Assembly: GCA_963920595.1 (NCBI GenBank) | Contig: OY986948.1 | Location: forward strand, 3,658,001 to 3,722,000 | DNA: 64,000 nt | Reading direction: 5' to 3' | From: Eimeria praecox | Lineage: Eukaryota | The notes under the pieces: model-generated | Database searches by the model: none | What the model was told of the DNA's origin: nothing | What the model saw: the letters and a program-made list of their open reading frames with translations, nothing else | Shown: positions 13,061 through 24,544 of the stretch, one piece after another | Layout: every line of letters begins with the position of its first letter | How positions within the stretch are numbered: the stretch's first letter is position 1 | Translations under genes and position numbers: made by a program

Positions 13061-15500
13061 CAGATGAAGATTCCTCTAAGATGAGTGCAGTGCAGCATAG
13101 TCGGTGAGGTGCTGGTACGTGTGTCTCTACTCCCCCGCAGGCTGACTCTGGAATGCCAAGTAAGCTTTTTAAGATAGTTTCCACTAAGGTCCCGAATGTT
13201 GGCTCGTACTGCAAACGGTGGACTAGTTGTGCAGCCACGCGAAGCTGGCTTGCAGCACAAGCTGCAACGAGGTGATTTGCACCCCACCACAGGCCGGCAG
13301 TGTCTGTAGCATGGTCTGAGCGGTGTTGGTACTCACATCCCTACTTACCCGCAGACCCGCTATGAAGGATCAAGTAAGCTGTTAAATATCTGCACTAGAG
13401 TCTACAAGATCACGCAGCAAAGAGGCACTGGCTGTGCTTAAATACGGGGCTGCTTTGCAGCGCTAATTGCAGCAAGGTGCACTGCAGGCCATCACAGGCT
13501 AGCCCCTGCCCCCAGCGGCCCAGGCCTTTGGGCGTCTCTGCCCAGGACACTTGAAAGGGAGATGAGCTGCTTTTGTGAATCCTTTCTTCAAGTATTTGAC
13601 TGTACTGCAACTCATGAAGGCCCTTTGCTAACATCAGGGACACCCGTTATATATAGTTGGCTGCACCGCACGGTCCACCAGGCCAGACTCGCCAACGAAC
13701 CCCATACCCAGCTGCAGGGATGCTTAGCGTGCAGCAATAGCTAGCGGAAAGAGAAAGCACAATTCGAAAGGACCATCAAACACTTGTTTGCAAAATCGTC
13801 ATGAATATATCAACAATTTCTTTTGAGATAATGAATAACAATGAGTATTGATCATGATCAGGCCTCGGCAGGGGAGTCAACCCATAATCGGAAACCACAG
13901 TGAGCAGAAGAAACCTCAAAGTACACAGCCTATTCGGTTGAGAGGGCATTTGGTTCAAGAACAACTGATGAAAAATGCATTCGTCTCCGCCAACCATCCA
14001 GATATGACGAGCGCCCCGATGCGGAGGCAGTGGAGGAGTTTACCTCCGCCGTATACGTTGGTCTTCAGAGCTAACTGGAAGATCGTGAATTGCTGTTGAC
14101 AACGTCTTTTACCAGGGGGCCCACGGAGAAGGTGGTTACATTTAGGCGAAGGTTCCGCTTTCGCCGAGCACATCAGAGCAGGGCACGCTGTACGGGATGC
14201 TCTGTAGTGCAGGTTTATCCCCAGGCGTGCAAGGGAACATAGTAAAGCAGAACTGGGAAAGCTTAGGCAAGGGAAGCGGTCGATAGAAACCTACATCGAG
14301 AAGTACAATGGTGGACCGGGAGCTGGTAAATGGTGGGTTCATACCAATGCTGTCCACCAGAGACAAGCAATCGGCAGCCGGCTGCGCTGCGGATAGAGAA
14401 ATAGGAGAAGAAAGAAGGATTACTTTCGCATGGAAGAGAGGAAAAGCGCCACTTGAACAGCCCCAGTTGAAAAGAAGGGAGACGGCCTCGGGGATAATCC
14501 AGATCAAGCGTCTCTGGATATTGGGATTTTAGTAGCAAATTCACTCAAAAAGGAACAAGGAAGAAACTAGTATAAACGACGTTCGGCAGTCACTTTCGAC
14601 GCGGGGGAGTTACGTTTACTCAGAAAAGTGTAGGAGCGGGGCCAGTTCAAGAAGGTTGCCATTCGGTGCGCAGGGGCATTCGCTTTTCGTTACTGGGTTG
14701 CCTCATTGGCTTACATCGTCAGCATAGCCCTAGCTTGGGGGTGCGACCCCACGATTAATGCTGGCTGTTTAAAACGGTCGATAGGGTTGCTTGCATGCTG
14801 TCAAACTCTCGAAACAGCAGCAGCCTCACTGCTAGAAGAAGCAAGCGGAGGAGAATAATGTCCTGGAAACATATGCAGCGACGAGCAGATGCTACAGGAA
14901 ACAAGATTACTCTGCCCATTGGCTGAGGAAGACGACTAAAGTGGGGTCCTAAACTTCCCTTGCAGAAAGGAGTATCCTAGGAGCACGTATATCATCTTCT
15001 CGGGTCAGCGGCGGCGATCACAGCGTCTGAAGGCACAGCACAGCGTGAAGCTAGGCCGCATACAGGCCCTTGGTTATAGCCACTGCCACGTGTAGAGAAA
15101 TCCACACATTATACCAGCAACTCGGCATCAGACACCAATTGCTATTTCGCTGTGGTTTGAGCCCATGCCTCTACCAATGACTAGCTCTACGCCCCCCAGG
15201 CGATGCCTGAATTTTTGCATATTTTGTGCTAGGTCCCTTTTGGCAGGTGGCAGGGCACTCTGTATCATGCGAGCTTTGACGATGCAGGCCCATTGGGTTT
15301 CACTGCATATTTATGCTGAAGTTGGGATGTCCGCATTGAAATAAGTCTTCGCCAACCAAAGAGCAAGGCAAAAGGCGCCTTGGGTGGTCATCGTCCATTC
15401 CCTTCAGTTCCCCCTCCTTGAGGCTAACAGTCCATTTGGCCAAATGCCGAACACTCAGACCTAAAGTGCAGCGTTCGATTCGTGCTCCAGGCATGGATGG
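13061..15500 (-). mobile_element. Heavily decayed Ty3/Gypsy pol relic (RT, connection, RNase H traces)
   Basis: Manual translation gives ATLSTVLN...GYADDV (~14790-14712, with a stop and frameshift) against ATFQASIN...AYLDDV of the younger element. FNWG..AF...ILLSSP occurs at ~14470. QQQFTIFQLALKTNVYGGGKLLHCLR (~14100-14020) aligns ungapped to QQRYSIYDQELLALVTALDKWSHLLR. 13480-13590 resembles 30507-30617. Boundaries are approximate. Confidence 0.6.
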
Positions 15501-16263
15501 TCCTTCACTTCTTGCCAGTATGTCCGATTCGATATATGCCTAGTTGCTGCGATAGCTGCATTGGAGTGCACGCAAGTCAGGCGGCAAGGTAAAGCAGAAA
15601 GAGATAGGAGCGAAGCAGCGCGTACAGCTGGGAGCCCCACCCCCTCCCCGTCTCTCCCCCGTCGTGCTGCCCCTCATCAGGAGCTTTGACTCGTTGAGTA
15701 AGGACGCACAGAGGTTACACAGAAGTACAGTGTTACTTTAAATGGCTAGGGCCCCCCACCCAACTGGTTTCTGAGACTTGCTTGCGCAAAGAAATGCTAG
15801 AAGATTATTTGCGCTTGCTCCTCAACTCCATGGCAGCGACTGCACGCGTGGGTGCGCATTCTACTCACCCACGCGCAATGCAGGTCGAATTCGAATTCAC
15901 ATAGGCGTTAAGGGAGACGAACGTGCTAGGCGGATGCTACTTACAGGTGGTAATACGTGCCTGGTGGCCACCGCGCCTAATGTCATCTTAGTCTCCCCCA
16001 ACTGGAGATAGCGGCTCTTCTCGAAGGGGTCGCGCGATGCGCCGGGCGAGGACAGTAGGCATATTCCCTCCACGTCGCAGGAGCCTCCCGCCCCGCCCCG
16101 GACTACGAAAGAACAGTCCTGCCCTGCCACTGGACGATGTGAAGAATCTGCACTGAAGCACACTCGGGGGGATGCGCAGCGAAACGAGAACGACAGAGCA
16201 TCGGACATACACTGGTGAAGGGAGGGAACGCCTCTAGGCCTAGCTCACGAAGGCAACAGTTCT

Positions 16264-16455
16264 TTGTGCGGTACGGGCAAAACAGCTGTACTCACACGTG
16301 AGATCGCCGGATATGAGTGTGAAGGGCTCTTAGACACAGCCGCATCGCGCAGCTTCATCAGCCCGGCTGCAGTCGAGCGGCTGGGACTGAGGGTGCACTT
16401 CCTGCCTAAGGCAAGTGCGTTCACAGTCGCTAACGGGGAGGTCGTACGTACTCAC
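16264..16455 (+). pseudogene. Retropepsin (aspartic protease) fragment
   Basis: GLLDTAASRSFISPAAVERLGL...FTVANGE motif. It is fused by deletion directly to the RT N-terminal motif. Confidence 0.85.
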
Positions 16456-16915
16456 CGATATGCGCTCCCACTATCATGGTAGACAAACATGCCGACGGTT
16501 CAGGCGAGCGCAAAATGCGCATGGTGGTGAATTACCAGGCGCTGAATGCCCTCACTATCGCTCCCGAGTTCCCTATGCCCACTGTGCAGACCATTCTTGG
16601 AATGCTGGGAGGGGCTAAGTACTTTTCCACGTTGGACCCCGAAGCCGGGTTCCACTAGATCCGAATGGCTAAGGAGGATAGGTGGAAAACAGCTTTCCGC
16701 TCCGTCGAGGGGCTCTTCGAGTACACGGTCATGCCTTTCGACCTCAAGGGAGCACCTGCCACATTCCAAGCGAGCATCAACGCTTACCTGCAACCGCTCT
16801 TGGGACGGGGTTATTGCATACTTGGACGATGTAATCATCTACAGCCCCACCTTGGATACGCACGTTTCCCTCCTACGGCAGGTCTTAAGCATATTCCTCG
16901 AGCACCAGGTCTACC
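16456..16915 (+). pseudogene. Reverse transcriptase fragment (Gypsy)
   Basis: RMVVNYQALN, YFSTLD..AGFH*IRM..EDRWKTAF..GLFEY.VMPF.LKGAPATFQ, AYLDDVIIYS. In-frame TAG at 16656-16658 and a frameshift near 16810. Confidence 0.92.
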
Positions 16916-17076
16916 AGTTCTAATTTAGAATATAAAAAGTAGTTGAACGGCCTTTTATGTTTTCTTTTTAGAAACTTTAATTATTCAAAAAGTAGGAGCA
17001 TGAATTGACCTGGTTCTAGTTTGCGACGCCAGCACCAGAGGTAGATTATGTAGCCTGAAGAGACGCAGCGCTACAT

Positions 17077-18930
17077 GTGGGCTTCCTGAGCCAGGTTATG
17101 AGCCCGGCTCAGCAGAGATACTCTATTTACGACCAGGAACTCCTCGCCCTCGTCACTGCTCTCGATAAGTGGAGCCACTTGCTCCGCGGCGCGAAGGTTA
17201 CGGCGCACACCGACCACCAGGCGTTGACGTACCTGCAGCACATAAATACACATAAGCCACTGCGCGGACGTACGGCGCGTTGGCTCGACTTCCTGGCCGA
17301 GTTCCAGGACCATACCATCTCGTACCTTCAAGGGGCCCGCAACCAAGTCGCTGAAGCTCTTTCCCGTCACCCCCAACACATGCAACCCGCCGTTGATCCC
17401 GAGCTCCCAGCTGGGGGCGTTGCCCAGAGCCCCTCCCCACTTACCCTCTTGCAACCCGGCGGCAACCCACTGCCCTCTCGATATCCCACAAGGGGCAAGC
17501 CGAGGGAATACCGAGCGGGCTCAGGCATCCGCCCACATCGCGGTCGACGGCCAGTAGCCGTCACCGCTTCCCCGTCGCCCGGGGCCGCGCTGAGTTCCCC
17601 ACCCGCGCCGCACGACCAGCTGCCTACGAAGCCGCGCGACGAGCCTCCGCCCTCTCGTCCCTCTAGCGAGGCGGCCCTAACTCCCCAGAGATGGGAAGCT
17701 GCGTACCCCCTCTGTCCCCTTTTCCATGAGGCCTTCTCCGCCGCCCGACAGCGCGAAGGAGAGGAGGTCCCTTCCGATCCTCAAGGCCACCGCTACACCT
17801 TCCGGTTCCAAAGCCCATACCTGCACATCTGCGTACATAGTCTGTGGCGCATCTGCGTATCTGCCTTACCGGAGTTCGTCTCTCACGTCCTGTATAGACA
17901 TCACGATCACGTTGCTGCGGGCCATAGCGGCCAGAAAAAGACTTTCCTGGCCCTCAGCAGGCTCTACTATTGGCCTGATAGGCGATCGTATACCAATGCT
18001 TACGTCGAATCCTGCGTACAGCGCAGAGCGTCTAAGGCCCTAGCCCAGAAACCCGCGGGCCGGCTTCAACCCCTCCTTGTCCCCTCTCGACGCTGGAGCC
18101 ACGTGAGCATCGACTTCATCACCGACTTACCGACTAATCCGCGAGGATATGAGAGCATCCTAGTCATAGTGGATTCGTTGAGCAAAATGGCCCACTTCAT
18201 CCCCACAAGGAAAACGGCTACCACCGCGGACACCGTGGAGCTCCTTGCGGACCGTCTCATCCGCTATCACGGCTTTCCCGACGTCCTCATCTCCGACAGG
18301 GACCCGCGTTTCCAATCGACTCTCTGGCAGCAGCTTTGCCACCGCTTCCATATTAAGCGCGCTATGCCGTCCGCCTACCACCCCCAGACGGATGTGCAGG
18401 CTGAACGCGTTAACCGGACCCTCGAACATATGTTGCGGACCTACATACAGACAGATGAGAGCAAGTGGGAGCGCCTCCTGCCGGCGCTGGAGCTTGCCTA
18501 CAACACGACCAGTCATTCTTCGATGGAGCTTAGCCCGTTTGGCGTGATGATCGACCAGAACCCCCTTACAGCTGCGGATCTAGACGTTGTTGGCGCCCTG
18601 GCGCCCACCCTCACCCCGCCCATGACTAAGCTGTTCCGTCAGCTTTGCGATCGCTCCAAGAACCACATCATGAAAGCCAAGTGGCAGCAGAAGTTGTGCG
18701 CCGATACCCGCCGACGGGACGTGACCTACAAACCCGGCGATCTTGCGTGGATCAGCAGCCGCCACTTACCGGGACTAAATCAGTGTTAAATTCGAGCCTC
18801 GTTTCCGTGGTCCCTTCCCCATTACGGAAGGGTCGGGCAGGTCGCCTACCGCGTGGCCCTACCCCCTACTTACACTTGCCACAACTTGTTTCATGTCTCC
18901 TAAATCGTTCAGGATCGTCCTCGCGACCCC
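17077..18930 (+). pseudogene. RNase H plus integrase (decayed HHCC, DDE core, GPY/F)
   Basis: QQRYSIYDQELLA..TDH..ARW..ALSR; HDH...GH; WSHVSIDFITDLP, ISDRDPRF, AYHPQTD.QAERVNR. RFRGPFP follows a frameshift near 18787. Confidence 0.93.
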
Positions 18931-18933
18931 CAA

Positions 18934-19140
18934 ATGACCTCTAAGGAAGCTGCAGTCGGTTGGCTTCCCGTCGAGGACCCAGATGGACGACCTACAGGCG
19001 TCTACGAAGTGGATTACATTATGGCTCAACGAGGCGCCGGACCAACTACCCAGTATCTCGTCAAGTGGACGGGTGCCCCCGAAGACCGAGCGATCTGGGA
19101 CCCCGCTAGTCACCTTACCAACTGCCCCGCGCTGCTTCGC
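18934..19140 (+). pseudogene. Integrase C-terminal chromodomain
   Basis: VYEVDYIMAQRG...QYLVKWTGAPEDRAIWDPASHLTNCP. Confidence 0.88.
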
Positions 19141-19248
19141 GCCTGCCGCCACCATCACCCCAAGATGCAGCGCGCCCAGCTCGCGGCCTCCCCCGTCCCA
19201 GCTTCGGACGCACTCTCTCACGGTCGGCGGGGGTCACCTACACCGAGC

Positions 19249-19905
19249 AGGGGGGAGATGGAGCGGCTACCATCCTACAGCCGCTCCGCCCACAACACCA
19301 CACCGCCCGCGGAGACACACCATGCAAAGAGCACCGCTACTCAAGGAGACACACAAGGCGCCACAAAATACGCGGCAGATGAGCTTACTTGTTCTTAAAT
19401 CCTGCTTCGGCCTCCAAACGCTGTCTCATAGAAGACGGCGGAAGACCAAAAGAAAAAAAAGGCAAAAAGCAAAAGCAAAAAGCGAACAAACAAAAACGGA
19501 AGTGGAAAGAATTCAAGCTAACGCGGAAGTTGTAGTGCCTGGCATTACAATACACCGGAATTGAGCTTTCGCAACGATAAGAAGAGAAATACGGATAATT
19601 AGTGAGGTTTGTCTATAACACTGAAGCCATTAGTTGCCGATCGACTAGCGCCAAGCCCCCGAGGCCCGGGTATTGCTTGCAATCCCGACACGGGACCCCG
19701 CGGGTCCGCCCTAGCTCGCCGTGAGCGGCTGAATCGGTCGGAATTAGAGAGAACAGCTTTTACACATAAGCAGATTGGTCTTTTGGGGGAGAGTTTCAGA
19801 ACTTTGGCAAATTTTAGTATGCAAAAAGAGAGTTTAGGCACAGCTGCGAGTGTGCACCTAATTGTCTCTGGAACGCGAATGTAGCCCTGGAGGTACAGCA
19901 CTACA
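19249..19905 (+). repeat. Polypurine tract and candidate 3' LTR (19259-19905)
   Basis: AGGGGGGAGA is immediately followed by TGGAGCG, and the candidate end is CACTACA (imperfect terminal inverted match, TG...CA). No second LTR is available to confirm. Confidence 0.5.
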
Positions 19906-20495
19906 CTACCTCTGTGCAGCTATGCATGCATGTTCCTCTTACACAGTAGCTGCGTGTTGCTCGCGCCTTCGAGCAATGCCGACCACCACGTGTGCAAGAT
20001 CAACATCTGCAGGCGAGCGTGTCTGCTACCCTCGGCAGCTTCCTAGAGCAGAGGTAGAGACGAGCATAGAAAGCAGATTATTGTGTGGGGCCAGTACAGA
20101 ATATAGGCAGCGACGAAGTAGCAAGCGAAGAAAGCATGCAGCAACATCACAAGCTACACACACAACAACAGCTACAGTAGCAGCAACAATGGCGGTAGCC
20201 TAGGTGCGTTGCCTTTTCTTGCCTTCGAGCAAAATCGATTGCTTCGAGAGACGCGGCCGCCGACAGCCCCACGTCCGAGTCCCGTGGCTGCCTTCCTCCC
20301 TCGTTTCAGTGCCTTTCGTATGGATGAAAAATCTATTATTTCCCCGATACGAAGGCAGTGCCTGTCTGAGTTGGAAGGATCATTGTTCTACAGCGGCTGC
20401 TTGTGGCTGCGTTGCCGGTCTAAGCAGCAATCCGCCAGACCGAGAAGAGAATGGTTGCAGAGTGCACGTTGGATGCAGTTGGGTCGGCAGCGGTC

Positions 20496-20568
20496 GCGGG
20501 CATGGTCTAGTGGCTATGACGTCTGCCTAACACGCAGAAGATCCCGGGTTCGATCCCCGGTGCCCGTA
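20496..20568 (+). tRNA. tRNA-Val(AAC)
   Basis: Same 73-nt cloverleaf, anticodon AAC. Confidence 0.96.
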
Positions 20569-21489
20569 TACTGTTTCCTAACTGTTTCCTCTTTGCATGC
20601 TATGCATGCACTAATGCCTATAGGACTAGCTTCAGCCAAAAGCTTGCTCTCTTGTCAAATTAGTCAGGTAGTTAGATGCATTGCTAACCAAAATAGCCCG
20701 TTACACAGCTGGATAGCTAGATACCTACCTGGCTAGCTGGTAGATAAAGCAACTAGCCCGCTAGCTAGCTGTTTTATGTGTGCCAGCGTGGACCCCACAG
20801 CGTATCCCTCCTCATGGACGTTTTCGTTTCTCTGTATCAAGGATGGGGGACCATGTCAATTGGAGCGGCAATGTAGATTCGTATGAGTTTGTGCAAAGCA
20901 GTCAAGCAACGAGTGCCGGAGGGGAAGTTCCTGTTACACAGTAGCTGCGTGTTGCTCGCACCTTCGAGCAATGCCGACCACCACGTGTGCAAGATCAACA
21001 TCTGCAGGCGAGCGTGTCTGCTACCCTCGGCAGCTTCCTAGAGCAGAGGTAGAGACGAGCATAGAAAGCAGATTATTGTGTGGGCCAGTACAGAATATAG
21101 GCAGCGACGAAGTAGCAAGCGAAGAAAGCATGCAGCAACATCACAAGCTACACACACAACAACAGCTACAGTAGCAGCAACAATGGCGGTAGCCTAGGTG
21201 CGTTGCCTTTTCTTGCCTTCGAGCAAAATCGATTGCTTCGAGAGACGCGGCCGCCGACAGCCCCACGTTCGAGTCCCGTGGCTGCCTTCCTCCCTCGTTT
21301 CAGTGCCTTTCGTATGGATGAAAAATCTATTATTTCCCCGATACGAAGGCAGTGCCTGTCTGAGTTGGAAGGATCATTGTTCTACAGCGGCTGCTTGTGG
21401 CTGCGTTGCCGGTCTAAGCAGCAATCCGCCAGACCGAGAAGAGAATGGTTGCAGAGTGCACGTTGGATGCAGTTGGGTCGGCAGCGGTC

Positions 21490-21562
21490 GCGGGCATGGT
21501 CTAGTGGCTATGACGTCTGCCTAACACGCAGAAGATCCCGGGTTCGATCCCCGGTGCCCGTA
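21490..21562 (+). tRNA. tRNA-Val(AAC)
   Basis: Same 73-nt sequence. Confidence 0.96.
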
Positions 21563-22483
21563 TACTGCTTCCTAACTGCTTCCTCTGTGCATGCTATGCA
21601 TGCACTAATGCCTATAGGACTAGCTTCAGCCAAAAGCTTGCTCTCTTGTCAAATTAGTCAGGTAGTTAGATGCATTGCTAACCAAAATAGCCCGTTACAC
21701 AGCTGGATAGCTAGATACCTACCTGGCTAGCTGGTAGACAAAGCAACTAGCCCGCTAGCTAGCTGTTTTATGTGTGCCAGCGTGGACCCCACAGCGTATC
21801 CCTCCTCATGGACGTTTTCGTTTCTCTGTATCAAGGATGGGGGACCATGTCAATTGGAGCGGCAATGCAGATTCGTATGAGTTTGTGCAAAGCAGTCAAG
21901 CAACGACTGCCGGAGGGAAAGTTCCTGTTACACAGTAGCTGCGTGTTGCTCGCACCTTCGAGCAATGCCGACCACCACGTGTGCAAGATGAGCATCTGCA
22001 GGCGAGCGTGTCTGCTACCCTCGGCAGCTTCCTAGAGCAGAGGTAGAGACGAGCATAGAAAGCAGATTATTGTGTGGGCCAGTACAGAATATAGGCAGCG
22101 ACGAAGTAGCAAGCGAAGAAAGCATGCAGCAACATCACAAGCTACACACACAACAACAGCTACAGTAGCAGCAACAATGGCGGTAGCCTAGGTGCGTTGC
22201 CTTTTCTTGCCTTCGAGCAAAATCGATTGCTTCGAGAGACGCGGCCGCCGACAGCCCCACGTCCGAGTCCCGTGGCTGCCTTCCTCCCTCGTTTCAGTGC
22301 CTTTCGTATGGATGAAAAATCTATTATTTCCCCGATACGAAGGCAGTGCCTGTCTGAGTTGGAAGGATCATTGTTCTACAGGGGCTGCTTGTGGCTGCGT
22401 TGCCGGTCTAAGCAGCAATCCGCCAGACCGAGAAGAGAATGGTTGCAGAGTGCACGTTGGATGCAGTTGGGTCGGCAGCGGTC

Positions 22484-22556
22484 GCGGGCATGGTCTAGTG
22501 GCTATGACGTCTGCCTAACACGCAGAAGATCCCGGGTTCGATCCCCGGTGCCCGTA
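22484..22556 (+). tRNA. tRNA-Val(AAC)
   Basis: Same 73-nt sequence. Confidence 0.96.
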
Positions 22557-23477
22557 TACTGTTTCCTAACTGCTTCCTCTTTGCATGCTATGCATGCACT
22601 AATGCCTATAGGACTAGCTTCAGCCAAAAGCTTGCTCTCTTGTCAAATTAGTCAGGTAGTTAGATGCATTGCTAACCAGAATATCCCGTTACACAGCTGG
22701 ATAGCTAAATACCTACCTGGCTAGCTGGTAGATAAAGCAACTAGCCCGCTAGCTAGCTGTTTTATGTGTGCCAGCGTGGACCCCACAGCGTATCCCTCCT
22801 CATGGACGTTTTCGTTTCTCTGTATCAAGGATGGGGGACCATGTCAATTGGAGCGGCAATGTAGATTCGTATGAGTTTGTGCAAAGCAGTCAAGCAACGA
22901 CTGCCGGAGGGAAAGTTCCTGTTACACAGTAGCTGCGTGTTGCTCGCACCTTCGAGCAATGCCGACCACCACGTGTGCAAGATCAACATCTGCAGGCGAG
23001 CGTGTCTGCTACCCTCGGCAGCTTCCTTGAGCAGAGGTAGAGACGAGCACAGAAAGCAGATTATTGTGTGGGCCAGTACATAATATAGGCAGCGACGAAG
23101 TAGCAAGCGAAGAAAGCATGCAGCAACATCACAAGCTACACACACAACAACAGCTACAGTAGCAGCAACAATGGCGGTAGCCTAGGTGCGTTGCCTTTTC
23201 TTGCCTTCGAGCAAAATCGATTGCTTCGAGAGACGCGGCCGCCGACAGCCCCACGTTCGAGTCCCGTGGCTGCCTTCCTCCCTCGTTTCAGTGCCTTTCG
23301 TATGGATGAAAAATCTATTATTTCCCCGATACGAAGGCAGTGCCTGTCTGAGTTGGAAGGATCATTGTTCTACAGCGGCTGCTTGTGGCTGCGTTGCCGG
23401 TCTAAGCAGCAATCCGCCAGACCGAGAAGAGAATGGTTGCAGAGTGCACGTTGGATGCAGTTGGGTCGGCAGCGGTC

Positions 23478-23550
23478 GCGGGCATGGTCTAGTGGCTATG
23501 ACGTCTGCCTAACACGCAGAAGATCCCGGGTTCGATCCCCGGTGCCCGTA
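23478..23550 (+). tRNA. tRNA-Val(AAC)
   Basis: Same 73-nt sequence. Confidence 0.96.
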
Positions 23551-24471
23551 TACTGTTTCCTAACTGCTTCCTCTTTGCATGCTATGCATGCACTAATGCC
23601 TATAGGACTAGCTTCAGCCAAAAGCTTGCTCTCTTGTCAAATTAGTCAGGTAGTTAGATGCATTGCTAACCAAAATAGCCCTTTACACAGCTGGATAGCT
23701 AGATACCTACCTGGCTAGCTGGTAGACAAAGCAACTAGCCCGCTAGCTAGCGGTTTTATGTGTGCCAGCGTGGACCCCACAGCGTATCCCTCCTCATGGA
23801 CGTTTTCGTTTCTCTGTATCAAGGATGGGGGACCATGTCAATTGGAGCGGCAATGTAGATTCGTATGAGTTTGTGCAAAGCAGTCAAGCAACGAGTGCCG
23901 GAGGGGAAGTTCCTGTTACACAGTAGCTGCGTGTTGCTCGCACCTTCGAGCAATGCCGACCACCACGTGTGCAAGATGAGCATCTGCAGGCGAGCGTGTC
24001 TGCTACCCTCGGCAGCTTCCTAGAGCAGAGGTAGAGACGAGCATAGAAAGCAGATTATTGTGTGGGCCAGTACAGAATATAGGCAGCGACGAAGTAGCAA
24101 GCGAAGAAAGCATGCAGCAACATCACAAGCTACACACACAACAACAGCTACAGTAGCAGCAACAATGGCGGTAGCCTAGGTGCGTTGCCTTTTCTTGCCT
24201 TCGAGCAAAATCGATTGCTTCGAGAGACGCGGCCGCCGACAGCCCCACGTTCGAGTCCCGTGGCTGCCTTCCTCCCTCGTTTCAGTGCCTTTCGTATGGA
24301 TGAAAAATCTATTATTTCCCCGATACGAAGGCAGTGCCTGTCTGAGTTGGAAGGATCATTGTTCTACAGCGGCTGCTTGTGGCTGCGTTGCCGGTCTAAG
24401 CAGCAATCCGCCAGACCGAGAAGAGAATGGTTGCAGAGTGCACGTTGGATGCAGTTGGGTCGGCAGCGGTC

Positions 24472-24544
24472 GCGGGCATGGTCTAGTGGCTATGACGTCT
24501 GCCTAACACGCAGAAGATCCCGGGTTCGATCCCCGGTGCCCGTA
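24472..24544 (+). tRNA. tRNA-Val(AAC)
   Basis: Same 73-nt sequence. Confidence 0.96.

Larger units (their letters stand above)
15780..19905 (+). mobile_element. Degenerate chromovirus-type Ty3/Gypsy LTR retrotransposon (gag trace, PR, RT, RNase H, INT, chromodomain, putative 3' LTR); 5'-truncated and non-autonomous
   Basis: Domain order PR-RT-RH-INT-chromo. Stops, frameshifts and internal deletions are present, and no 5' LTR was found. Confidence 0.93.

Noticed and set aside
15780..19400. Active or domesticated retroelement gene
   Set aside because: It has a stop in RT, frameshifts, a PR-RT deletion, a lost HHCC cysteine and no 5' LTR/PBS. The 570-aa open RH-INT frame alone is not evidence of domestication.
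20191..20500. 5S rRNA or U5 snRNA in the repeat unit
   Set aside because: I found no 5S conserved motifs, and GCCTTTTC is not the invariant U5 loop GCCTTTTAC in a proper stem.
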